Shown here: positions 26,901 through 38,393 of the stretch, one piece after another
Numbering within the stretch: position 1 is the first letter of the stretch
Layout of the letters: each line of letters starts with the position of its first letter
NCBI GenBank assembly: GCA_043228905.1
Contig: JBHGNT010000014.1
Coordinates: 8,804,001 to 8,868,000, forward strand
Source: Azolla caroliniana
Lineage: Eukaryota; Plantae; Polypodiophyta
Direction of reading: 5' to 3'
DNA: 64,000 bases
Notes under the pieces: generated by a model
The model's input: only the letters and a program-made list of their open reading frames with translations
What the model was told of the DNA's origin: nothing
Databases searched by the model: none
Program-made: the position numbers and the translations under genes

Positions 26901-27501
26901 ATAGTGTTCGCTCAAGTTTCCAATGTTCCAAATAAACTAAAAGTCAAGACACTACGATATGAACTTCAAATCCAACACATATCCTTTGTCTGGTCATTAG
27001 GCAATCCATCCCAGGATATTTGCTACATGCATGTCCTTGGAAAGCAATCTATATTCAAAATTTTACTGCCTTAAATGGTCCTATGTTAAGGATTTAATGA
27101 ATGAAGTGAATATCAGTGACATTGTCCCATTAAAATTAGTAAAGCTTGAGGCAGCGCCTTTAGGATGACGTGTAGTGATGAAAAGGTCACCTCGCTCCAA
27201 CAAAAGGCAAGAGACATGGATATCTTACCTCTAGCAAGAGGTCAATGACACGTTTAATCTGTGCACCAACAGGAGATTTCCTGATTATGGCGATCTGCTG
27301 CAGTTTCTCTTTGTCACTGTTGAAGGAGAACCGCTGTGCAAGAGGGACTTGTTGTTCAGAATATGGAGATGGAGAAGGTCTTTTGGGAGGGGGAGGAGGA
27401 GGTTGCTTGGATGGGGCAGCGCGCACGGCTGTCTTCACAAGGGTGGCCTGAGCGCGTTGTTGCTGCTTGTTGAATCTCTCAAGCTGCTCCTGCAGGGCCA
27501 T
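23998..27501 (-). CDS. TFIIE-beta: General transcription factor IIE subunit beta (288 aa)
   Basis: Exons 27229-27501, 24629-24760, 24424-24540 and 23998-24342, all GT-AG and in frame; MALQEQLERF..PVGAQIKRVIDLL, FDGQRFSYKSKH, TKLTNAHMPELF. Confidence 0.95.
25893..26080. repeat. Degenerate hexamer microsatellite (TACACA/TATCCA)n in the TFIIE-beta intron
   Basis: Low-complexity repeat visible directly in the sequence. Confidence 0.8.
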
Positions 27502-27951
27502 GGTATGTGTCCTGTAGAGAAAGATCTCCGAGGGGGGTTTCTTCGTCTACCCTTGTCTCACTCTACAGGCGATGATCTTCTTTCTCTCTCCCAAAAAGGC
27601 CGACCCGGATGCGGGTGACTCTTGCAGAGATCTCGTGTCTGCGACAGTCCTCGAAACCCTAATATCTTTCTTCTTGATATTAGAAAGCAATTCCACCTCC
27701 TCCTTCTGCGTCTCCTCCTCCTTCGTCGGCCTGCTCCTCCTCCTGCTCCTGCCGCATCACGACCCGTCACTACGTTTATGTATGTATGTATATGCATAAT
27801 ATGTATATGTATGCTCGTGACTAACTGCTACCAAATATTAAAGAGGGCAAGTGAGGGAATCGCGGAGAGGGACGGTGCAGGTCGCACCGTTGTTGGCGCG
27901 TTCGATCTCCACCGTCCAAGATGGATAAAAAGCTGACAACGTCTGTCACAA

Positions 27952-28082
27952 GGAGCCCGACTTTGTGAAAAGGAGCCCGACTCTGTGAAAGGGAGCCCGA
28001 CTCTGTCAAAAGGAGCCCCGCTGTCAGACAGCCTCTACAAGAGGGAGCCCCGCTGTCAGACCACATCAGTAAGAAGGAGCCC
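27952..28082 (+). repeat. Left subterminal GGAGCCC array
   Basis: Six copies (27952, 27972, 27992, 28012, 28044, 28076), the first four at a 20-bp period. Confidence 0.9.
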
Positions 28083-28272
28083 GACTCTGTAGCAACAAAC
28101 ATCAAAAACTCCACAAAATTGTAAGTGTACAACAAATATTTGCCATGAAACTGATCATAAAATTTCTCAACAAAACCTAAAGATTCAAATAACAAGTCTT
28201 ACATAAAATATTAAAATGTCAAATGTTGACAACCCTAAAATGAAATATGAATATACACGTTACATATTAAGA

Positions 28273-31170
28273 TTATGGCTCATGTCGGGATGATTGCAAG
28301 ATGCAACCACAATTTTTACAGCATGTAACATTTGAGTCCCTTGAAGTCAAGGTCAAGCCATCACAACGCAAACACCGAACCTTCTCATGGTCAACCAATG
28401 GCAATCTCCTCCTAGCCCGACTAGCACCTCTTTGTAGTTTTCCGGAGTGGGATTTGGAAGTGTTTGGGGAGCTGCCAATAAGTTCTTGCGAGATGTCTAT
28501 TGTTGCACTTCTTTTGGCACCGATTTGTTGGTTGCGACTTATTGATCTACCATCTTCTTCATTGGTTGATTTTGGTGCACCAACGCGATACACCTTCTCA
28601 GCCACATCTTCCAATGTTTGTATACCTTCGACAATAGTTGCACAGTCGAAGGTTCCTAACCCTTGCTCGAGACATTGAAGTGCTTTCACGACCGTTTGTA
28701 TTTTGGACTTGAATGATTCAATCTCGGATATTGTGGGGTTTGTCTCCTCTACTTGCTCTACCTCTGCCTCCACTTCTATTTCTGTATTATGGTCCATTCG
28801 CATTTGGGTCGTGTGATCTATAAAAGGCAATGAGCCACATAAATGTGGCATATGCCTCTCAATAATCATTCGGATACCTAGTAAATGCTTACATTTACTC
28901 ACAATGTCTTGGCAATCACAATATGAGCATTGGAGTGAGACATTATACCATAGAGTGGGAGTCGTCATGCTCAAGATTCTAAACCAATATCGGGCCTCGT
29001 TGACAATTTCAATTGTGGAAGTATTGTCGACATACCTTTCCAATATTCTCTCCGCTTCTTTAAGTCGGGACCTTTGATCCCTACAATTCGCACGGGGTGC
29101 AAACCGACCACTCTCACATATTTCTTGTCGTTGCTTGTACCACTCTATTACCGTTCCTCCTATGCAAGTGCCAGTTTCACTGTCCCCGATTAAGACATGC
29201 AGAAGGTCGGTAATTGATCGGTTTATTCTTCCCCTCAAGGCAGTATACTTGATAAACTGCCAATGTCTTTCCACAATATTGGTAGTGTCAACGTGTCCAT
29301 AGTTGAACATTCTACCAAACTTGGGCCAGAGTTTCCTCCACACACATGTTAAGCCACACCATCCTCCTTCTATATATTGCCAAACACCGGGCTTGTCCAC
29401 ATATTCTAACTTTAACTCCTCACACATTGCATTGAATGATGATTCAGTAATGCATTGCATCAGTTGGCACATTCGTTGATAAAGATGGATTCTCTCATTT
29501 GCACTAACTTTTGGCAACAAGTTGTCCACCCATGACTTTTTGGCGTGAAACTAACACAACAAAAGTCGACAATGTGTTTGGGACCGTTGCCCATTTACAA
29601 CAATCCAAGATTGACGGTCTGTTACAACCACATTAGTTATGGCATTATATGATGTCCAACATTTATCGATCACTATCGCATTTGGCCTCACCATGGGCAT
29701 CCTTGCGAATATGACTCTCAAACAAGTTTCTAATGCCACTTGCTCATGGTTTGACCCCTTATCAGAACTACAAAGCATGTACCATAATGGGATCCCAATT
29801 CCCATGGCGTTGGGGGCAACTGCTGCATATAATGGTAGCCCGAATTGGTTTGTTTTAAATGTCGAGTCGATTGCCCAAGAGTTGTTTAGGGTCAACCGCT
29901 TACACATTTCCAACATCCATTGATCTTGAAGTATCAAGATAAATGGTTGTATGGGGGGAGATCCTGGTTCACCAGTCAAGTAGGGTTGAACATGAGCCAC
30001 TTTCCCAAGATCTCGGAGTGCATAGGCATCTTGCATCATCAAAGCCCAATCAACCTTAGTCATGACACTCCCGATTTTTAACCTATTTGCCATGTTATGG
30101 ACCTCCTTTGGTATCATAAAGAACCGATAGGTAACAAGCTCTAATGGACTAGCCTTGGACTTATGATATGCTTCCTTACGCATGCTCATTCGTGCCACAT
30201 GCCTTGCACACCCAACATCAAATAGGTCATCTTTGCAACAACTTATGACATTGGGGTGTACTGGCAAATGGTACACATCCGACCTACTACATGGTACATG
30301 ACCACTATGAGGTCCATATATTGAAATGGTAAGTGTCTCAATGTCAACATCATCATTGATTCTAACGTCCACATGGAATGTGCACCCACATCGGGGTGTG
30401 CACCTGCGTAGTCGAGTGGAATTAGACGCAAGTCGAGATGTCCCAGCACGATGGCAACTATACCTAGTCACACGCATACCCTTCTTGACTCCTTTCCTTA
30501 AACGTGTGTGGTACTTGGTTTGCAAATCCGTGAGCGCATCATCTAATTGGTGGGTTTCTACCTTGATTACTTCTATGGGTAGGGTCTTGTTATATTTGGC
30601 CATGCTTGATCCCAAACCTTCTATCGAGTCGACCTTCGATACCGTTTGGCAACCACAACTTGTAATGAGTGCTTTCACGTACTCCGGTGGGATGCCATAA
30701 TCACGTACATCAGTCGCATAAACTAGCTTTAACTCTTTAAGAGTCTTTGAAAACGTGTGATGGGATGTGTCACCATGTGACGCTAATACTACTTCCCTCC
30801 ATTTCTCGACGTATAAGACTTGAAGATTAGGTGATGCTTTAAGGTAAATTGCACTCTCATTCCTGAGAATGAGACGACTCTTCATGCGCCTCCATGCATG
30901 AAGTGAAAGAGGTGCTCCCCTCGCGACATCACGTAATGCTTCCAATGTTACCTTAACTTGTCCCAATAAATCTTTAATCATCAAATTATACGTACCTCTT
31001 GAAAATGCAAAATACCTGGGGGAATAATACATGAAGGGATCGACCGCCTCATCCTCACGATCGGAATCTGATGACTCAAAAGGATCCTCCAATTCGTCCT
31101 CGGATGCATTGGATGACCATGACGTATCCTCCAATTCATCTTCCGACATGGCGAAGACACCATGATGCAT
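28273..31170 (-). pseudogene. MULE DDE transposase with SWIM finger (single premature stop at 29551)
   Basis: WRKY/GCM1-like YSCHRAG..CGCTFH..HSGH; D1 WAIDSTFKTN; D2 IVIDKC; LLLC*FHAKK (probably W to stop); E TNIVERHW; SWIM CDC..CKH; C-terminal CxxC..CxxC. The two ORFs are in the same frame; the start codon is uncertain (31170 or 31149). Confidence 0.92.
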
Positions 31171-31645
31171 TGTGCTCTGCATAGCAAATACAATATGATC
31201 AAGAATGCCAATGATTGAGGTGAATGAAATCAAATGAATTCAAGTGAATGAATTCAAATAATTCACATGAATGGGGTAGATTAATGATCGAGAATGAGAG
31301 TGAATGAAATCAAATGGCCTACAATATGATCAAATGAAATCAAATACAATATGATCAAGAATGCCAGTGATTGAGGTGAATGAAGTGAATGAAATCAAAT
31401 GAATTCAAGTGAATGAATTCAAATAATTCACATGAATGGAGTAGATTAACGATCGAGAATGAGAGTGAATGATATGAGTGCGAGTGATTAATAGACTATT
31501 AAGGAAGGGAATGGGTTAATTGGGAATGATGGGAAGACTCTTAGTGCAGGCTACTGAATTTGGTGAATTAATTTACTGTAGTCGTTAATATGACTGTTGA
31601 GACGCCATCATTACACGTAGTTGGGCACTTCCCTATTACTGTGTT

Positions 31646-31960
31646 GGGCTCCCTTTTTTAATGAGTCGGGCTCCACATTATCAGTCGGGCTCCCTTTTTA
31701 CCAGAGTCGGGCTCCCTTTTTAATGAATGGGGCTCCCTTTTTTAATGAACATGAATGAGTCGGGCTCCCTTTTTACCAGAGTCGGGCTCCCTTTTTAATG
31801 AGTGGGGCTCCCTTTTTTAATGAACAAGAATGAGTCGGGCTCCACATTAATCAGTCGGGCTCCCTTTTTACCAGAGTCGGGCTCCCTTTTTAATGAGTGG
31901 GGCTCCCTTTTTTAATGAACATGAATGAGTCGAGCTCCACACTAATCAGTCAGGCTCCCT
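31646..31960 (-). repeat. Internal GGGCTCC (= GGAGCCC on - strand) higher-order tandem array
   Basis: 12 exact and 2 variant copies at about 20-32-bp spacing, between the two MULE genes. Confidence 0.92.
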
Positions 31961-32456
31961 TTTGAATAAGATTCACATTGAGTCTTGTTATGTCTTTGAA
32001 GAAGATTGACATCGGGTCTTGTTATGTCTTTGAATAAGATTGACATTGAGTCTTGTTATGTCTTTCGTATTGTTTACAACAAGGACCGAAGCACTCTTTC
32101 TATATACTTACTCTTTCTACAACAACATTCTTTGATTACAACACTCTTTCTATATACTTACTCTTTCTTGGCCTTTCTCAAAAACCATTGCCGTGACTAC
32201 TTGTCAATAAGCTATTAGTTTTATTCTTTTAACACCCAAAACATACAACCAAATATACAACCAAAATGAGATTCAAAATGAGATTCATAATGAGATTCAA
32301 CTATTTACCAGATATTACAAAATGATTTTCAGATAGAGTCCACATTGAGTCATTTACAACCAAAATGAGATTCAAATATTGATTTGATATTACAAAAATG
32401 AGAATGTACATCAAATTGAGTCATATACAACCAAAATGAGATTCAAATAATAAGAC

Positions 32457-33535
32457 TCACAACCGGATTTGGATTTTAGGCCTCCTTGGTTGTTGGGTTG
32501 TCGATTCTGACAGTTGGTCTTGACCACCATCAATCTCGACATGTGTCTCATCTTCTGGCATGGGAATTCCATGATTCTTACACTAAAATTCATACATAAG
32601 ATTCACACATAATCATTCACACACTAGATTTAGACTCACATAAGATGCACACATAATCATAAACCTTACTTACATAAGCTTCAGACACAGCCGCAATCTT
32701 CAACTTCAATTTTGCCATCCTATGCTCCTTTCCCTCGTCATACCTGGCCATCTGTTGGCTGACGAATTGGGCAATGAAATCGGCCTCCTTGGATGTTTGA
32801 AGTGCGTTCGGAGTGGCTTTGAAGATCTTAATCGCTCTTGTCCTCAACTTCCTCATGTGTGATTGGCGTGACCTGTTGTACTTTAGCTCCGGATCCAAAA
32901 AACGCTTTATTGATCGTTGTCTTTCGTAGTGGCTGAAGAATGACGTGGTTGTACTCCTCATGGAGGTCGATTGCTCTTCTTCTTCTATCTTTAGCCCTCG
33001 AGGCAGTACTACACGGATGCCATGTGCCTTCTGTAAATGAGCCTCCATGTCAACTTTTTTGCGAAACCATCGTACCTCTTTTCTACATGAATCTCCAACG
33101 ATACATGTGCGACATTTGATACCTGTTGAGTCTCTTCCTGCCTTGAAGAGGGACATGGGGTCCACTACAACAATGGTGTGACATTTGCATTAGAAAAACC
33201 CAATATATACTTACTTCAATAATGATTATAAGAATGTACATCAACTCACCATTTACACTGATATCTTCAACACCTGGCCCCACGTCATGTATGGGGTTCG
33301 TATCCATGTTCGAGTCTTCAATAATGATGTTTTCAGCATCCATATTGTTGGATTTGGGGCACCTAGCACCCTTTCTTACAAAAACCCTAAACCATCATTC
33401 AAGTTAGCACACAAACATCACTATTTATACACAATATAAAGTTGAGAAATGATTCATGCCATACCTCCCTTCATAGGGTATTGTTTCACCCCAATCCGCA
33501 TCAAAGTCTATGAAGGTCTTGGACCGACTAGCCAT
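32457..33535 (-). CDS. MULE accessory protein, 274 aa, C2H2-like zinc finger, unknown function
   Basis: Exons 33465-33535, 33250-33386, 32674-33164 and 32457-32582; GT-AG introns of 78, 85 and 91 bp give one open frame from MASRSKTFIDF to PKIQIRL*; motif CRTC..FRKKVDMEAHLQKAH. Confidence 0.8.
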
Positions 33536-34567
33536 CTATACAAAACACATGCCAAAACATTACCATATGTTTGTCTTTAAATTCAAGAATACTTGAGTCT
33601 ATCCTATTGTTTCTACACAATACATTAGTGTTAAGGATTTTGAAATGGACAAAAATTGTCAATGATTTCAAAAAATAGATCAATCTTAACAAATTCTAAC
33701 ATATCAATGTCAATAATTTAAAATTCATGAATGCTACTTGCAGTTTTTATTTTAGTTTTTGTAATATATATACATAGAGGGCACATTCTAAATTAAGGGA
33801 GATAGCCATAATAATGATACGTATTTAAATCATAGTCATAGTTCATGAGTTCATGACAAATAGTTGGTCTTCATGGAGAATCCTAATTTCATTTATCATT
33901 TAGAATACTATAATGGACACAACGTTTTACTTCCAACTTAAAACATACTTACGTAGACTTACATAGCACACAACTTTTTTTAGTAAGGCATTCATTACAT
34001 TATTATTATTTGGGGTCAAGCCATCGCAAAGAATGTATACAAGATTTGAGATTTGACCTCTAAATGTGGGCATAAAAAAGCCCAATAATGCATGAATCAC
34101 ATGAGCAAATTCAAGCATTCAAATAATGACATTCAAACCTAATATGGATGATGATTGCTTGAATACACGTAGACAAGTATTATTTTTATTCCATGTCTAC
34201 TCAAAACCATGGTTGATTGCTTGAAGACACAATAGAAGGAATAAAATCATATTAGGTTCAAGCAATCATCCATATTAGGTTGATGGTTTTTAAGACATGG
34301 AATAAAACCTAAACCTAATAGAAGGAATATGATACCTAATAAAACCCTAAACCTAATAGAAGGAATATGATACCTACCTCTAGATTGCAGGTGCTCGCGG
34401 ACAACCGGTCTTGTGCCTCACGGAAGATGTCTGCAACAGGTGCTGCCAAACAACAGGTGGTGCGGCGCGCTCAAAAACCCTAAACCCTCAACCTCACGCT
34501 TCTTGTTTGAAAACAGGAAAAAAATGACAGAAAAAGGCTTTTTATACTTCCCTCAAACTAATGAGAA

Positions 34568-34805
34568 GGGCTCCCTTTCACAAAGTGGAGCCCTTCTTTA
34601 ATGAGACGGGCTCCTTTTTCTGTGAGACAGGCTCCCTTTCACAAAGTGGAGCCCTTCTTTAATGAGACGGGCTCCTTTTTCTGTGAGACGGGCTCCCTCT
34701 TTAATTGGTGTGCTTTTTCGCACCTTTTCCACAAGGGCTCCCTTTCACAAAGTGGAGCCCTTCTTTAATGAGACGGGCTCCTTTTTCTGTGAGACGGGCT
34801 CCCTC
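34568..34805 (-). repeat. Right subterminal GGGCTCC/GGAGCCC array
   Basis: About 8 GGGCTCC-type copies plus 3 inverted GGAGCCC, arranged in about 61-bp units. Confidence 0.9.
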
Positions 34806-35393
34806 TTTAATTGGCGCGCTTTTTCGCGCCTTTTCCACAGCCACATTGGACGATGCAGATCGCACGCGCCCTCATCTAGCGACCTGCACCGTCCCTCTCC
34901 GCGATTCCCTCACTTGCCCTCTTTAATATTTGGTAGTAGTTAGACACCACGTATATGTATATGTAAATGTATATTATGTATATGTATATGTATGTACATC
35001 ATTTTAATTTCTCTGTCTCGCGCTCCTTCTCGTTTCGATTCGGTTTCGATTCAGTTCAAGGGAGGGAGAGATACATATCGATCACGCCACCGACGAAATG
35101 GCACCAACACTAACGGAAGGTCCATCAAATGAGGGACAAAAGGTATTCGAGAGTTTTTCTTTGTACATTAGATGGATATTGGTATTCATTCCAATTATGA
35201 GGAACAGGAACGCTATCAAGGAACATGACTAGACGAGGATCATCCTCTACTCGTTACAATTTTATGACCCTCCCCCACCCATTACATCAATTGGAAATCA
35301 TCTCTATTAATTGGTGCGCATTGTTTTATGTTGGGTTGCCACAAGGAATCTCCTAATGATCATTCTCGCACAAATTTCAAAAATGGTCAAATC

Positions 35394-36034
35394 TGTTAGA
35401 AATATTGAGAATCGATTAGATAGGTATATAGAGTTACAACCACAGATATGGATACATATATGAAAACAAAACTTCTATTACATATGAGAGTAGCTCACAA
35501 TGGTAGTTCACCCATGCGCTCACACCTTAGAGCTTAGATGGGATCTGGACCAGCTCACTACAAAATTAGTGGAGACTGATGATCAATCCAACCAATGTGT
35601 AAGAAAGTGGATTATATTCTATGTTTGGTCTGAGTATAACATTAAATGTGCAAGTTAGTTGATAGTAGTGGAGATATTCATTTTCTGTCAACTGCCTTGT
35701 CATTTAATATAGCCCAACTCCCTAGATACAAGCTAGTGCTAGATTGTACTTATCTTGAAGTTAATGGCACATACTTCAAGACTAAGTACATCGTAACTTG
35801 CCCACAAAATATTATACTTGACTTGATTAGCCAATCCTATTACCTATTTTGCCCTTTCCTAAATCCATTGTGTCCTACGCAGCTATGGTTTCCTAGATTA
35901 ACACCTTATCGACCCATATGCAGAGTTGCACACTAGCCACTCCTCAATTGGGGCGCTATCACAAAATGTGCACTCTAAGAGCACATATGAGGATAGGTTT
36001 ACAACTTGGGGCTGATCATTGATTATATCTAACA
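35394..36034. repeat. Solo LTR (641 bp)
   Basis: TGTTAGA...TCTAACA ends; TSD AAATC at 35389-35393 and 36035-36039. Confidence 0.85.
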
Positions 36035-36200
36035 AAATCAACCACTTTTATTACATGTGCAATGTATGAGTTTATGCAATGTACTAGCTATAGAGTAAAA
36101 TATCGAGAGCAGGGTTTGTAAGGCATTGCGAAAAGAAACAACACATCATAGTTTGGCTCTCCTCCCTACCATCTAATCTCTCTCTCTCTCTCTCTCTCTT

Positions 36201-36885
36201 TGGTGAAAACACACGATTATATTAATAAGTGTGTGTGAAAAACACTACTTACAATGGGTGTAACAATTGAGTGCGATCACCCAATTGTGTAACAAGAGAG
36301 ACAACGGTCGTGCTGACAATGGCCATGCTTCGCACACGCACAAATACATAGAAACCGCAACTGATTGAGACAAGATGAACGTGTGTAGGTGTATGTATAT
36401 ATACCAGATAAAAGGGGTTACAACCGGCGGGCTAGTGAGCGACGAGCTCTGATGCCTACACACACACGCGCACAGACGCAAGATGGAGACTCGGCGGGAA
36501 GCACTTGGGCGTTCCGCAGAGCAGAGTCAACCTCCTGAAAACCTTCATAGAGCAAATACAGAGAAAGACAGAGAAGAAGAGCTCGGTCCCAGTCCGTCAA
36601 CACTTCGTCCTCGACAAAAGCAATCCCCATTACGATTCCTCTCCCTCTCTTTTATAGCCCAAGGAGGGAGGCCGTCACAACCCATTACATCATCTTTATT
36701 CTTTGTCCTTTCGAACTGAGATACGCCTCGATTTTCTACCTAACAAATGCGTGCTACCTAGGATATCCACATAAGCCGACTTGTACCTAAATATATATAT
36801 TACAACAAAACTTGTGCCTATGTATAAGGGCTAGTTCGTGCTCATTATTCTCCGATTCCGCCTAGGGACGGTTTTCTCCACGACA
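36201..36885 (-). repeat. Gypsy LTR related to the gypsy B LTRs (left boundary approximate)
   Basis: Shares GAAGCACT.GGGC.TTCC.CAGAGCAG, ACTTCGTCCTC and the terminal GGTTTTCT.CACGACA with 45864-46477. Confidence 0.65.
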
Positions 36886-38393
36886 CCGGTTTCGACTACT
36901 CCCGGTTGTTCCCGTTTCTCCAAGAAGGAGAACCACTCTTTGTGGTTCGTCATGTGGTTCGACGCACCGGAGTCAACGTACCAAATTTACTCTGATTTGG
37001 AAGTGGTCTTCTTCATCAAGTTAGCCTCATGTTTTATCACCAAGGCTGGCCCTTTACCGACTTTTCCGGTTTTGGATCCTCTCGATCCTTCTACATAGTG
37101 CGAGTATTGCCGGTTCCCTCTACCGGCCTTGCCGGATCCGGATCTGTCCGAATCAGCACACTTCTTCCAGCATTCGCTTTCTCTGTGGCCCGTTTTACCA
37201 CAGTACCAACATTCCGTGTCAGCCTTTGCTTGCCGGCCTCCGGCGCCGCTGTGACTCCCCATGCTTGTCGAGGGTTCGGAACTGCTATCAGCACTTTCTT
37301 TGTGCCTTCGGTCGTGCTCTTGCCGGCTGCTACCATTGCGAGCCGACCCGCCTCGTCCACCATGCCCAAGGGGCCAATCCGCCTCCGTATATAGCATCCG
37401 GCTATCAGTGGGTGCACTTGTTGATGCATCGGCGTGGTTCTCCTCTCCAAGGAGCATCGACTATAAGTCGAAAAATGATGGCGTATTCTCCCTCGTACAG
37501 ACTGCCGTTTGGAAAGCTCCGAACTTAGACACTAACCCGCCAAGACAAACCTGCACCATCTCGTCCTCCTCGACATTCACGTTGACAGAGGCGAGTGAGT
37601 CACAGATTTCTTTAATCTTGGTGGTGTAGTCAGCCACCGACATATCTCGTTGTCGTACATTGCTCAACTCTTTCCTGAGTTAAAGCTTCCTGGCTGTAGT
37701 GCTTGCGGCAAAGACTTTCAGATTTCCCCAAGCTTCTTTGGGTGTCTTGGCGTCTCGGATATGGCTCAGTAGCTGGTCTCTAACACTGGACACAAAGCAG
37801 TACATCACTCTACTTGCCGCTTGTTCCCACACAAGGAAGTCCTTGTGTGTCACATCAGGTGTTGTGTCGTTAGCTCCATCGACATAGCTCTAGTAACCAT
37901 GCCCAAGCAGGTATTGGTGCATCTTGTATGACCAAGATGCGTAGTTGGATCTGTCGAGTTCTCCACCGGGAGCGAGCTAGCCATTCCTTTCTTTTTGTAG
38001 GGTTTGTCTTCAGATGTTGATGTCGGTTCTAGAGGTTCTCAACCCTCACGCTCTAATACCATGTCAGAGATTATGTGTGGAAGCGTCAGACAAACCGGCC
38101 TTACCGGATAGCGTAATAGTTCTCTCTGTACATAAAACGTGCTCAACATCACCATTTATACAAGTCCTCAGAGGACTGACAGAAGTACTATGTACTTCAA
38201 TGCTCATACGAGCGTCTGTCACTAACTACAAGATTATTAACTACCTAGTAGTCTAGGCTACTACTAGGCTTCCGGTTGTTGTTTGATTCAGCTAACCGGC
38301 TCCCCAGCTCATCGGCTCACTTGCTCACTGTCTCACCGATTCGGCTCAGGCTTATTCAGCCGATCCGGATCCGGTTGAACTTGCCGCTCAACA
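36886..38393 (-). mobile_element. Truncated copia element 6 (5' LTR, PBS, gag, protease)
   Basis: LTR 38062-38393, PBS TGGTATTAGAGC 38050-38061, gag knuckle CWYCGKTGHRESEC; homologous to 41780-42900. Confidence 0.88.

Larger units (their letters stand above)
27813..34950 (-). mobile_element. Mutator-like (MULE) DNA transposon with TIRs, two genes and motif arrays
   Basis: TIR cores 27821-27885/34879-34943 nearly identical (CTAACT(G/A)CTACCAAATATTAAAGAGGGCAAG...), weaker similarity out to about 110 bp. Candidate 10-bp TSD GTATATGTAT at 27803-27812/34951-34960 lies in low-complexity DNA, so the exact ends are uncertain. Confidence 0.92.

Noticed and set aside
29530-29553. Programmed readthrough or two separate transposase genes
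   Set aside because: The TAG falls inside the conserved C-W-F-H motif; a single TGG-to-TAG mutation is the simpler explanation.
31646-31960. CRISPR-like repeat array
   Set aside because: The spacers are themselves repeated and short, there are no cas genes, and the context is a eukaryotic TE.
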